From the NCBI RefSeq assembly GCF_018350175.1, contig NC_058368.1, positions 210,802,001 through 210,866,000 of the forward strand: a DNA stretch of 64,000 bases, read 5' to 3'. The notes beneath the pieces were generated by a model. That model was not told the DNA's origin, did no database searches, and saw nothing but the letters and a program-made list of their open reading frames with translations. This DNA comes from Felis catus. Its lineage: Eukaryota. Numbering within the stretch: position 1 is the stretch's first letter; each line of letters begins with the position of its first letter. This document shows, piece by piece, positions 13,504-26,482 of the stretch. The translations under genes and the position numbers were made by a program.

Positions 13504-13720
13504 GGGTCTCCTGTGTGGCTCAGTCGGTTAAGCATCTGACTCTTAATTTCAGCTCAGGTCATGGTCTCACAGTTCATGGGATCAAGCCCTGCATCAGGCT
13601 CTGTGCTTATAGCGTGGAGCCTGCTTGGGATATCTCTCTCTCCCTCTCTCTCTGTCCTCCCCCTGCTCATGCTCTTTCTCTCTCTCTCTCTTTCTCTCAA
13701 AATAAAGAAACATTTAAAAA
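13504..13720 (+). mobile_element. CAN-SINE
   Basis: SINE body; TSD aag(g/t)aacatgtaaa. Confidence 0.93.
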
Positions 13721-15016
13721 AAGTAACATGTAAAATTAATCATGGCTTTACTACTAAAGCATTACATTAAAGAACTAATAAGAGCATTAGTTCCTATACC
13801 CAAAGATGAGCAACTTTAGTTAACCACTAACAAGTCAAAAATTATAATTTAAATATATTTAAATTTTTTTCTTGCCATTTTACTTTCCAAAATCTAAAGA
13901 TCTTTTCGTCTTTAGAAAACAGGGAATACATAGGCTTTGCCCTTTGTCCTATTTGCTTTCTACCATTGTTAACATAAGTTATTTCAGAATATTTAATGGT
14001 TTCATATTTCCTCTCTCCCAACTTTCTTTGGAGACTTTCTGCATTACACTTGATGCATCACAGTTAGGCTGGTTCCTTAAAAATTAGAGTCCCAGCACTT
14101 GGTTTCAAACACTACTTTAAGAGTGCCTCGTCTCCTTGCCATGCAATGTGAAGGGGAAGCCCAACCCTTTACTCTCTGGCAACTAATGGGATCGTAAGAT
14201 CTGCCAGAGTTTGTCTCTCATCGTTCCCTCCCTCCACACAGGGGGATGACTACATCCAGGATATTTTAATTTCTTGTCATTCTAAATATATGAATTTAAC
14301 AAGTGATTTACAGTGCAATGAAGAAAACTATAATCCTTTTGCCTGTAGTTTACACATTCCATATACCTAGTCATCTGAAATTCTCTTAAAAATCTTTAAT
14401 GATTCCACACACCAGTCAGGTGCTCATGTTCTTAAAGGCATAGGAGATCACTAAAGATTTTCAAAGGAATTTGAGAAACAGCAGGGAATTAGTCAAAGCA
14501 AGAGGGGCCAGAAAGAAGTTAAGAGATGTTTGAGGGTGTTGGAAAGGGAAGCAAACAGAAAATCACCCCACATTGCCAGGATGAGAAAAATGAGGCAGGA
14601 CAGGAAGACCAAGGGATTGCAGAAGAGGGACCAGAGAGGCGGAATCCCGTTCCACAGCCCTTAGTGGGGAAAACAGCCGTAAGCCCTCACTGGAGCAGTT
14701 AGTAGCAATCCCACATCGCTAAGGCATCAGAAGCATTAATTTCAACCAGATAACTTAAAAAGGAGATCAAGTGGTCCTGCCACTCCAGAGAATGGCAGTT
14801 CTTGTTCTTGGTCTCAGGGAGAGGTGACAGCAGGAATGGGGATAGAGAAAAGGGGAAACTGAGGGGAGAGAAAGGTGAGAGTGGGGCAGAGCACGAGTCA
14901 AAGGAACATGCAACTTGAGCCACATTAATGCTTATGCAATGTGTACCATCGGCATAAATCGCAAACAGTATACTACTATGCACTAATGAATTTCTGGAAA
15001 AGTTGTACTATAAAAC

Positions 15017-15187
15017 CTTTTGAGTATTAAAACATCTTTGTTCTTCCTTGAGTTTTTGAAATTTTTCAAGTTTCTCAGAATGCATGCGGACAAGATCTTC
15101 TCTCATGTGTCTATATTTTTCTTGAAACCTGTGTGTAACCCGCATCAGATTGAAATCAGTTTGACGTGGTATCAGGTTTCTAAGTCT
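15017..15187 (-). CDS. SPEF2: SPEF2 coding exon 4 (171 nt, RLRNLIPRQTDFNLMRVTHRFQEKYRHMREDLVRMHSEKLEKFQKLKEEQRCFNTQK)
   Basis: Acceptor tttcttcattTAG|AGA, donor AAG|GTTTTA; 57 codons, phase 0/0, no stop. Confidence 0.95.
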
Positions 15188-16049
15188 CTAAATGAAGAAA
15201 GCATTTCAAAAGATTTCGTTACTAGAAAATAAAAGTGTATTGTCATTATAAGCGCACATAAAATTTGTCTTCAAAATAAAATTTCTACGAAATACTATTT
15301 TTGATGGTTAAACTAAATTCAAGCCCAATACTAATCACTTATATCTTTAATTTACATAAAAACAATAAAAACATGATCTGAATTCCTTCTTATATATAAA
15401 ATAGTCTCATATATACTTTTATATTTTTTTGCCCTGAGTTTAATTTTTAATAAATAGTATTCATTACGTGAATGAATTCTTAGAAGTACATTTTCATAAG
15501 AATAATTTTATAAAACCAATTCAACATATACGAGATAATATGAGAAGCCAGATTCTTTCCATTATTTAAGCTACCTCCTAGTAAAGAGTGAAGAAACATT
15601 GAAACTTCCAGGCCACTGGGAATGAGAGTGTAACAATATAAGAAAATGAACGTCAAAGCAATATGGCTGATGCTTTTAACTAAAATGTTTATATCCAAAA
15701 GTAATCTCCTTAAAAGCCAAAGACTTACTAAAAGTTTTTTTTTTTTTTTTTTCAAATGGTACTGTTGCTCAAAAAATTTTTGGTCCTTCTCTTCTAAAAC
15801 CGCCTCAGTAGATACTGGCACTTACTCAGAAGATCGTTTAAGGACCTATCAGCTGACTTCACGCCCATACACACCTTCCTGCTTTTCTCCTCGTTAAAAA
15901 TCGCCCGGCCTCCCTCTTCAGAGGCAACAAAAATGCCAGGTCCTTGAACATCCTACTTTTCGACCTCAATATGATATCTAGATCTTCAGCTTAATTATTA
16001 TCCTCTCCCCAACCCAGGAAATACCCACTGAGAGATAATGGAGTCTACT

Positions 16050-16290
16050 GTTAAGAGTAGAGACCCAGTGCCTAGGTTTGTTACAACTCTACCCGCTACT
16101 AGCTGCATTAAGTTGGGCAAGTTACTGAATCCCTCTGCGTCTCAGTTTCATCATCTGTAAAATGGGAATAACAAAAGCACCTATCTCCTAAGAGTGTTGT
16201 GAAGATCAAAGGAGATAACAGATGCACGGCCCCTGGAACAGGGCTTTGCACCTCCCTGTGTACAATCAATAAGTTTTCGTCAATATTATT
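16050..16290 (+). mobile_element. MIR
   Basis: Clear core ttgggcaagttactgaatccctctgcgtctcagtttcatcatctgtaaaatggg. Confidence 0.88.
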
Positions 16291-16559
16291 ATGCAATAGA
16301 CACCTGAATTTTCTTCCATCTGGTATCAAAGAAAAAGGCATGTCTAACTCCTTCCTAACATATCTCCTCCTCCACCTGGCCCATCAGTTGCATCCTCTTT
16401 TCTTCCCTTGAGAACCTTGTTCCACTTGGTTCTCACACCAGTCATCTCCTGCCACTGATTCTTTTTCTCAACTGGCAAGTTGTCCTGGTCTCTATGTCCA
16501 TAAAGGAAACAAATAACCTCACGTTTCTCTTGAGCTTCTCTCCTGCAGCTGCTGTTCTC

Positions 16560-16790
16560 ATTTTCTCTTCTCTTTTCCCTCCACATTTCTTGAATGAATA
16601 GTCTATGCTTCAGTCTTCTTCATCTCAATTGACTATTCAACTCACCACATTCCACACTACTCCACTGAAACATTTTTCTCTCCCCTAAATTTTATCTCCA
16701 AGGGGATTGGGACCATCCTTGTGCTGGTCATAGTGCAATTGCCTAACATAAAATAGGAACCCAACAAATATTTGTTCAACAAACGAATGA
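16560..16790 (+). mobile_element. L2 fragment including 3' end
   Basis: cactactccactgaaac...caacaaatatttgttcaacaaacgaatga resembles the L2 terminus. Confidence 0.55.
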
Positions 16791-16944
16791 TTGACTCTGG
16801 GAAGGTCACCACGGCCAACTTTAAACCTAATGGTTTCTTTTTGGCCTCAACTACACAGCTCTTACAGCGCTTGTTGCTGTTGACTGTTTTACACTTAATA
16901 AAGAATTTTTTGTGTATTGTTTCCTTAAAAACTGAAAAAAAGAG

Positions 16945-17115
16945 CCCAACTCTGAGGCAGGTGGAGATAATTTTGTTTTTAACAGTTGGGAAAATAGAGA
17001 AATAGAGGCTGAGAGTGTTTCAGGGATTGGTTCAAAGTTAGTCACCTTGCAAGTGAAGGAGGCAGGATGGGATACCATGTTCTTTGGCCGTAAGCCTAAT
17101 CCAGTTCCAGCTCTC
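16945..17115 (-). mobile_element. MIR, degenerate
   Basis: Reverse MIR core-like (aacagttgggaaaat...gaggctgagag...caaagttagtcac). Confidence 0.5.
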
Positions 17116-17599
17116 CATGGCTGCTGAGCTCATTCTTCTACCAGGCTCATAAGACTCGTGAGAATAGGAAAATCTGAGAGTGCAGACGGCCCTCATATCT
17201 ATTATGTTGTTTCTTCATAAATTCAACGTACATGTTTAATTGTTTCCATTTCTATCTAGTGCACTCCATCAGGGCAGCACCCCCCATTATCCTAGAGGCC
17301 TGGAAGAGTTAATGTACTTCACTTACCATAAGGAAATAGCACAGGAACTAGAGAGAACCGTCAACTAAAACGTTGTATAGATTAACCAAAACACACTTAA
17401 TGACAATTTGCAATGTTCAAATCATTGCACCAGACATATTCCTTGAATTTAAAGAACTAAAAATCTTGTGAGGCCTTATGACAGATAAATCATGAAAGTC
17501 AGCCAACAATATCAACAGCAGGAGTTTAACACCAGAGAGTGAGAATTACGTGTGCCCTAGGAGGAATCCATGTGTACTGGGAAGGTTGCCACAGAAGTA

Positions 17600-18080
17600 G
17601 ATGGAGAAAAGCTTGCAGGAAGAGGAGAGATGAGAAGTATAAGCTTTGGTGAAAGGGAGGGAGGAGCAGAGATATACAAGAGTTGTTCAAGGATAGGTTG
17701 CTGATCAATGTAGAAAAGACAGACTTTATGCTGAAGACTATGAAGAAATGCAGTCAGAGAGGTTGAGACCATTTAGTGAAAGATCTTGAATGTCAGTCAG
17801 TCCAGGTTGGAGACAGGACATACGTAAAATGAGAGGTTTCTGACCAAAGAACCCAGTGCAAGCAGAATTTTGGGAAGATTCATCTAGCAGTTGATTGACG
17901 TCTGGCGGAAAGCCAGAAGACCGGGAGAAATGTTAGTAGGTTGTGGTAGTAATTCATGCAGGGATATGAGCAGATATGACAGAGGCAGAAATAGGGAGAG
18001 GAGCAAGGCATGAAAACACTTGGAATTAGGAACACACAGAATTTGATATACTAGTAGCCATGTGGAGGGAGACGTCAAAA
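17600..18080 (-). mobile_element. L2 fragment
   Basis: Purine-rich L2-like tract (gatcttgaatgtcag...gggaagattcatctagcag...gtggtagtaattcatgcagg). Confidence 0.5.
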
Positions 18081-18249
18081 ATGGATACATGAATTGAAAA
18101 TATTAATATAAAACAAAACCCAAGTATGGCCAATAACATACATAAGGGACACAGATACCCAATGGGGCTTTTCTGAAATGCAACATCACTGTCATGTCTC
18201 CTTACCAAGTTTTACATGGTGGTAGGCTTATGTTTCTTTGTGTACTTAC

Positions 18250-18502
18250 GTCTCGAAAAGCCTCACTTTTCATGCTTTGGTGTCTGGCGTTTGCTGGGGG
18301 CTGCATGGTTCGCATTTCCACTGTGGTCAGCCCACTTTTCTTCTTTTTCTGAAGAACTGTGTACAACTGATACAAAAGTTTTGTTGCCGCCCCAGGCTTT
18401 TCTGTGATGATGCTGTGGGCCACATTCTGATCAAACTGCACACCCAGAAGGTGAAGTGTTGGCTCCAAGCGAGAAAAGTTATTAAGTTTGGCACTTGAAA
18501 CT
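18250..18502 (-). CDS. SPEF2: SPEF2 coding exon 3 (253 nt, RVSSAKLNNFSRLEPTLHLLGVQFDQNVAH...MKSEAFRD)
   Basis: Acceptor cctAG|A, donor GAC|GTAAGT; lies within track ORF 18202..18510. Confidence 0.97.
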
Positions 18503-18877
18503 CTAGGCATTAAAATATTTTACATAATTAGACACTGACATTGAATTAAAAACAACAAATATCCAACGCATGATCATGATCTGATATGATGAATTATCCC
18601 ATGGTCTTTACAATATATCGTTCCTCTGTAAAACCACTCAGTCATGTAAATACATTGAGATTTTCTATTGTCCACAACTCCACCCACTTACTTCTCTTGA
18701 ATGGTGAAACTAAAACTCATTTTATACACTTTTCTGCTTAAATAGATGCTAGAATTTTTATAGGAAGTCAATACAAAAAACAGATAACTGCTTTCTTCTA
18801 AACAGAAAAATAACTATGGTTTTAAAAAAATATTTTACTCAGAAGGCAAAGCTGTAATTTAAATTTCCATTTCTTTA

Positions 18878-19088
18878 GGGGTGCCTGGGCGGCTCAGTTG
18901 GTTAAGCAGCCGACTTCAGCTCAGGTCATGATGCTACGATTTGTGGGTTCAAGCCCCATGTCAGGCTCTGTGCTGACAGCTCAGAGCCTGGAGCCTGCTT
19001 TGGATTCTGTGTCTCCCTCTCTCTCTGCCCCTTCCCTGCCCATACTCAGTCTCTCTTTCTCTCAAAAATAAATAAACATTAAAAAAAA
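18878..19088 (+). mobile_element. CAN-SINE
   Basis: SINE body; TSD ttaaatttccatt(t/g)cttta. Confidence 0.94.
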
Positions 19089-22000
19089 TTAAATTTCCAT
19101 TGCTTTAAATGATATTATTACTCGAGTCTGAAAATAGCCTTAAATGTTGCGCTGACAACTTTAACAACAATCCTCTCAGGCACTGTCAGAAATATTTAAT
19201 TAAATAATATTAGCTAAGCAATCTAATTAATTATGCAATCTTCACTTTAAAGTTTATATTACTACTTTAAGAATCAGTAAAGACTTTCTAATTTTAAGTT
19301 ATCTTTGAATCACCTATGAGATTTTAATAAGTTTATTAAAGTCTTACAAAGATGAATACGATGTATTCCCTGCCCTTGAGGGGCTCACAGCAGGACAACA
19401 CATGAGTGAACAAAAAATGATAAACTGAGGTAAGTGTTGGAATATGGGTCTCAAATGATTTAGGGCTTGTCAATGAGCCTATGAATCTAGTAACAAAAAG
19501 ATGGCCAAAGAGATGCCGGATGCATTTTCAATTCTTGGGCCTCTTTATGTTCCAACTAGATGCAAGTATCAGTTTTAACCACTGGCTTATTTCCTCCTTA
19601 TTTTAACTTGGCAACATTCAGTGTTGGAAAAAATATACTGAATATACTTGAAGGATGGAAAACATATACAGGAAAAAAAACATACTGAATATACTTCAAT
19701 ATAAGTCAAAGTCCCAACCTCCCTCAACCCCACAAAAAAAGATTCTGTAGTTAAAAGGGGGTTGGCACCTATTGGGTAGAATTTCTCATATAGGGTTTTT
19801 CACTCAATGACTTCATTTTGGACTATAAAGTTATTTGGGGAAGACACAATGATATTCAAATACCTCAATTAAGTGTGTAGAGGTTTATAGAGATTCCTTC
19901 ACACTTAATTTTTTTTTTTTTTTTTTTTTTTTGATCACAGATACCACAGAAAATCTGATGAGCGCCATGGAACCTGTTCCACAAGAAAGAAAACACATCC
20001 GTGCATATACACAAAATATGTATCCCATTTCTGGATGTTTGTGAAACTCCTAAAATCTAGCCTAAAAGTGCCCATTCACTACAAATTAAAAACCCATACT
20101 CTAAAAGGAGGTAGGGCTGAGGAAATATATGAATGATTTCTAAATATGAATAAGGAGTCAATATCATGGGAAGGCCAATGTTAACAAAAATAGTGACATA
20201 GTACCTTGATTTCCTTTTCTAGTTATATGGTGTAACTTACTGTCCTATTTCCTCTGTTTACTATTATTCTTTCAGCAGAAATATTTGGTAAAGTATACTT
20301 AGCATATCAAACCACATCAACAAACTTTGAATACAATACAATAGTTTGAATTTATAAAAGAGAAACAGGTCTCTGAGGGGCTGAGAAGAAATATTGGATG
20401 CTACAGGAAATCTCTAAGTAAGAGTAGCATTTTTTTAGGTCTTCTTATGTCCAGGTTTGCAGTTTGCTTCCCCACAAATGACCTTACAGTTTGATATGAC
20501 AACCATCTGCCTAAAATGAGTAAAGCAGACCACGTTTTGCAGGGTATAGTCGCAAAGGACAGTTAGGTCAACGATTGTGCCTACCTTCCCTGGACAGGCA
20601 CGTGACACCCCTTCTTGTTCTTCCTGCATAGTTATTCTTTCATGCCCTTCCTATCCTAAAAGCCCCATATGTCTTGCCTACTACACATATTTGGAAAGAC
20701 CACCAGAGCGCCACTTGTCGGAGCTTTGGCCTGGATCATAACCTTGGGCTACAGAGATTAGGGGCATCAAAATTCAGGAGGGAAAATCCCAAAGCAAACA
20801 CTACCCATTTCCAAATTTTATCAAAACTTAGCCCTGCACCCAGTAAAAGTGGAGAGCACTTCCTCTCCTCTGACTTGTTTTACATGGCCCCAGGAATGCA
20901 GTGTAAGCCTATTAGTATTAAACATCAGCCACACATTAGGCTTTAAAATGGCTATTATGAACTGGCTGAAGAGCCAGGTATAACAGTGCTTCTCTCTGGA
21001 AGTTTTCAATACATAAAAACAACATTTTAAGAGCATAACTAGTGCGTAAACTGGTGGAAGTCCACTCTTGGCATAGCATATGCTCAATCAGTTTGCATGA
21101 AAATCAACATGTTTTTGTATACAGGCAAACTGTAAGGACATCTTTGCTCTGGAGACAGAGTATATGATGCAAATGATAACCTCTGAGGGAATAAGGAATG
21201 TATTCTGGGAAAAGTCTTCTCCTCTATGTGTAGTGTTTGTTTGTTTTTAATATTTGATGTCTCAGTTTTCTTACAGCAAATCCCCAGATGTTGTATATAT
21301 GTTGCACAGAGGGTAGTGAATGGGCAAGGGGAGAGGAAGAAGTTTGTCTTTCCTTGCTTTTCTTTATTGACTGGACTAAAACACGCTACTGGTAATTTGA
21401 GCATGGAAGGGTTTTCCCTTTCATACAAAGTAGAAGGAAGATAATCAAGAACAAAAACCTCATTTGAGATAAATCCCCTCCACAGTATTATTTTTTTCAT
21501 GAGCAAGCAATGCCATCTGTAGGATGTAACATAAAAAAGAAAGTAATAAGCTCATGGCAACTCATGTGACATGTTTGTTCATGATCATTTTAGCATTACA
21601 TTCATTGGTTTAGGAGATAAAACTTTTGTGTCCCATACTTTGGTCGCCACAATTCTTAGCTTAGCTGATTAGTGTTTATTTTGTATTTATTCCTATTCTA
21701 GAACTTAGAGGGCAAATCAAATTTTCTTGTGATTTTTCTAAGACATAAGACATTCTTAGGATTATTTAAATTATTTTAGGTATCTGATACTTGCAGTTCT
21801 TATTTGCCAAGAGATTATCTAGCTTCTCTCCTCCTTGTCACCTGGTGAGGGAACACATCTTACTTACAAGGTAAGTAGAAGCTGTCCCCCCAGGGACATC
21901 CAAGCTCCTTTACATTTTATTCTTTTAACTGATCTGCTCATTTTTCACCCGGTGAGGTGAACTAAACATATCCTAGAACAGAGAAGTCTTTCAGAGTTAG

Positions 22001-22834
22001 ATGAGTTCTCAGAATTAAGAAGTTCTAAGGCAAATAACTTCAGTTATAGGCAACATTTATATTTTAGACTAAAGACACTAAAAATATGAAACAAAACTCC
22101 AAATCATGAGCCCTAGCATTAGACATCTGCCTAAAAAACAGGCTTTGACAAAGAAGGATGCTTTTCCCCATTAAATACACTACTACAAAGGTCACATCCA
22201 TGGATTTACTGACCTTTGCCTTCTTTCAAAGACCATGTGCCCCTGGGGAAAAAAAGTGTGTTGTTCCAAGAATTCAAGATGAATAGAATTTGGTTGTCTG
22301 AACAAGTGGGTCCCTCTTCTCACATTAAAGAAATGATTCTCAGTGGGATAGAAAGTTAGTTAGTTGTTTGCAGCGGGTGAAAAAGAGGGCTGTTACATAT
22401 GATATTACTCAGGGGCACCCCTGTCCAAGGGTGGGGCAAGAGTATGACACTGTCCTGTGCTCAGGTTGCCAATCCCTGTCCCTGATGCAAGGCTGTTTCA
22501 GCCAAAAAGGGGTTCCTCTCCTTTGCACAAAGGCCTTTCTGTTCACTAAGACCTGTGTCTTTACAACTGTGTCCATCCAGATGAGGTCCCTTTTTCCATT
22601 TCACACAAAGAGCCTCTATGGCCCTGCTGACAAAAGCTAATTTAGTATACCTGAAATACTACATACATCATTTGGCGGGTATGGTGCTTTAAGTCGTCTA
22701 TGGCTAAACAGGCATACTTTCTGACATCATGCATTTATTCAATAGAAAAATATGATTGTGTGTCAGCTATGGGCCAGGGACAATGCTTGGAGCACAAAGA
22801 ATAATCATACATACTGTGCAACTTTCAGAACTGG

Positions 22835-23710
22835 AATTTAAAATAACAAGGAGATACCACAATACTCCTACTAGAATGGCCTAAATTCAAAACACTGACA
22901 GCGCTAAATGTTGGCAAGGATGTGAAGCAGCAAGGACTCTCACTCACTGCTAGGAAGAATGCAAGTAGGAAGCCAGTCCATTCCTATAACGAAACGTACT
23001 GCGATCACATGAGGTTGACAACTGTGCTCCTTGTTATCCACCCAAAGGAGTTGAAGTGTTATGTCCACACAAAACCTACATGTGGATATTTATAGCAGCT
23101 TTACTTATGATTGCTAAACTTGGAAGCAACCAAGATGTCTTTCAGTAGATAAATGGATAAATAAACCGGTATATCCAGACAATGAAATATTATTCAGTGC
23201 AAAAAGAAACGAGCTACCAAGCCATGAGAAGACATGGAGGAAATTTAAATGCATATTTCTAAGTGAATGAAGCCAAAAGTCTACTATTTATTGTCATTCC
23301 AACTATATGACATTCTAGAAAAGGCAACGCTATGAAGATAGTAAAAAAAAAAAAAATCAGTGGTTGCCATGGCTGAGGTAAGGGACAGAGCAGTAGGTGG
23401 GGCACAGAGGATTAAGGGCAGTGAAAATACTACCTATGATACTATAATGGTAGCTATAAGTCATTCCACATTTATCCAAACCCACAGAAGGAAAAACACC
23501 AGGAATAAATCCTAATATAAACTACTCACTTCAAGTGAACATGAATCACACAGGTTTATCAGCTGCAACAAATACACCACTCTGGTAAGGGGAGTGGATA
23601 ATAGAAGAGGTGATGAATGTGTCAGGGCAGGGGCTTAATGAAAAATCTCTGTACTTTCTTCTCAATTTTACTGTAAATCTGAAACTGCTTTAAAACATAA
23701 AATGTAGAAG
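22835..23710 (+). mobile_element. LINE-1 3' fragment (L1MC-like)
   Basis: ORF2 end and 3' UTR motifs (gatgtgaagcagcaaggactctca...ccatgagaagacatggaggaaatttaaatgcat...gtaaatctgaaactgct). Confidence 0.85.
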
Positions 23711-24460
23711 AAAATAGGCAGAGATTGAATAACATTTCACCAGTGAAGCTATACAACTGATGAATAAGCAAGTACATGAAAAGATGCTCAACATCATTAG
23801 TCATTAGGGAAATGCAAATCAAAATCACACGAGATACTACTTCACACTAACTAGGTAACTATAATAAAAAAGACAGTAACAAATATTGATGAGGTTGTGG
23901 AAAAACTGAAACCTTCATCCATTACAAGTGTGAATGTAAATGATACCAGCACTTTGAAAAGCAATATGGGTGTTCCTCAAAATTGTAAACACAGACCGTG
24001 TAACCCAACAATTTCACCCCTAGGCATATACCCAAGAGGAATGAAAACATTTCCATGTAAAAACACAGTGTTCACAGCAACACTGTTCATAGTAACCAAT
24101 AACTCATATCCACCAATTAATGAATTGATAAACAAAATGTGGTATATCCAATTGAAATTATTCAGCAAATAAACAGTACGTAAGAAGCACTGATGCATGC
24201 TACAATATGGATAAACCTTGAAAACATGATCGGTCACAAAATATACACATTGTTTGATCCCACTGATACATAACTGTGTAAAATAGGGATATCTATAGAG
24301 ACAGAAAATAGATTTGTGGGTACCAGGGGCCAGGTGGTTAGTGGCTATGGTTGTGAATGTACTAAACACGTAAATATGCTTAAAACCACTGAGTTGTATG
24401 CTTTAAACTGGTGAATTACAGTCTGTGGATTATATCTCAATATAGCTGCTAAAAACAAAA
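23711..24460 (+). mobile_element. LINE-1 3' fragment (L1MB-like)
   Basis: atgaaaagatgctcaacatcattagtcattagggaaatgcaaatcaaaa; ends tatatctcaatatagctgct plus an A tail. Confidence 0.85.
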
Positions 24461-24829
24461 AAAAATATTACGGGTGGTTTTTTGCCAGGAATCTGTACGT
24501 TGCTTTACTTCTCTTAAAAGAGAGAAGCAATGAACAAAATAAGAAGTAGTATGGCCTCAAATTTCAGAAATCTAGGAGATCCTAAAATAGGTCCCATCTA
24601 GAGAGGGGGTCTTGCTGCAACCATATAACTTTCACTCCTCTGTGCTCCTGGGACAATGAAGCATGCATATTCCAGGAGCCAACAATTTTCATATCAATGG
24701 TGTGTTTGGCTGGTTCAGGCTTGGAAGGGATCTTGTGGCTCATGATCCTTTTAAAGTTAACTCTGGGAGCTAAAGCCATCCAAATGCCAAAGGAAATGAC
24801 CCTTTTTAGAAAGACTCAATCTCACTAAC

Positions 24830-24932
24830 CTGCTTTCTGAAAATTCTGAAAAATCACCCTGAAGTTCGAACTTGTGCAGAATTTCTCCAATTAGATAGCC
24901 ACTGGAAAATGCCTTTGCAAATGACTTGGGAC
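24830..24932 (-). CDS. SPEF2: SPEF2 coding exon 2 (103 nt, SPKSFAKAFSSGYLIGEILHKFELQGDFSEFSESR)
   Basis: Acceptor ttcAG|GT, donor AG|GTTAGT; phases 1 and 2 fit exons 1 and 3; translated by hand. Confidence 0.96.
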
Positions 24933-25253
24933 CTGAATTTTAAAACATAGAGATAGAAATGTAAAGATAATGTTGCATATAGAGCATCATTATATTCATT
25001 ATGTATACATAGAGTAAAATTCCATAACTTAAATTCAAAATGCTGTGAAAGTACTTCTAGAAACATCTTTTAATAATCAAATAAAAAGACCGAAGTTTAA
25101 CAGTAGATGCCTTATAAATATCCCTGAATAAATATAAATCAATACTTGATGACATACGAAATTCTGAAAGAAAACACAACTTTTGACCTAATTAAACAAA
25201 ATATAACCAATAAAATTTATCAAGACAAACTTAGATCTAAAAGCAAACCTTCA

Positions 25254-25400
25254 GGACCATCTGGGTGGCTCAGTTGGTTAAGCGTCTGACTCTTAATTTT
25301 GGCTCAGGTCATGATCTCACAGTTCCATGCGATCGAGCCCCCAGTTGGGCTCTGCCCTGTGAGCATGGAGCCTGCTTGGGATTCTCTCTCCCTGTCTCTC

Positions 25401-25431
<31 letters not shown>

Positions 25432-25455
25432 CAATAAATAAATATTTAAAAAATA
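25254..25455 (+). mobile_element. CAN-SINE
   Basis: SINE body, (CT)n and A-rich tail. Confidence 0.92.
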
Positions 25456-25734
25456 AAAACAACTTCAATTTATTTTACAAAATTACATTCCAATACCCTT
25501 GTTATCAATTCAGGGTATGGACGATGACGGCATATTCTGGCCAAGTGAGGTGCAATCTAACCTTAGTAAACCTTAAGACTTAATTTCAACCTTTTTACAA
25601 TAGAAAATTTTAAAAAATCATCTATCTGCACCTTCTCAAATAAAGCCTACCAAATACAATCAGGCTTTCCCTTGGTGGTTCCAGAGGTTACTCTGGTCCA
25701 GTTGTTGTCCTCTGCAATGACACAGATAGCCCAG

Positions 25735-26000
25735 AGGAAAACAGACTTTGGAGCCAGAGACATCTACGCTGGCATCTTGACTCTGCCCCTGACTAGCTGT
25801 GCAACCTCTGGCAAGCTGCTTAACCTCCCTGAGCTCCAGTATCCTCATCTCTAGAACAGAGATAACCATATCTACATCTCTCTTGAAGAACTATTTTATT
25901 GTTTGATTATTTTTTGAGAGCTGTTGTAAAGATTAGAGGTAATTTCTGAGGACTGCTTGGCTCTCTGCCTGCCCCATAGTAAGCACATAATGTTCAGGAA
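25735..26000 (+). mobile_element. MIR
   Basis: acagactttggagccaga...actagctgtgcaacctctggcaagctgcttaacctccctgagctccagt. Confidence 0.82.
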
Positions 26001-26482
26001 AAAATTTTAAGTGTTAATAAAATTTGTTTTTTAACAAATGTCCTTAGTTTGGGGTCATTTGTATTTTTCTTATGAAGTGAAGGACATTGGGTTACAATGC
26101 AGAACTGATACACAAAATAAATTATGTTATCATAGGACAAAGCTATCATCTCTTAAATGATTTCAAAATCCTCCCAAACCCTCAATGTGCCTCTCTCAGG
26201 GTCCTTCAGGCAACAGCAGTCAAACACTATATATCACTGCACTACCACAAGCTCCTCTGTACCAGATTGTCCTCTTTTATCTATCTAGTAACGAGGTGGT
26301 TAATTGATTTTGAAGAAATAGCATTTCTTCCCGATCTGTAGAAATGATAGTTGATGTGTGGTTGCGGTCGAGTGAGGTGAGTCACAGAGACCTTACTCAG
26401 CACACTACACATTATCATAAGGATAAACCTAGCATATCTGACACCAGCCCACAATTTCACCCAAAGCTTATTTTATATTCTT

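Noticed and set aside
19909..19932. T24 run suggesting a retrocopy tail
   Set aside because: No recognisable processed-pseudogene body or TSD next to it; its only relevance is as an oligo-dT internal priming site on the SPEF2 strand.
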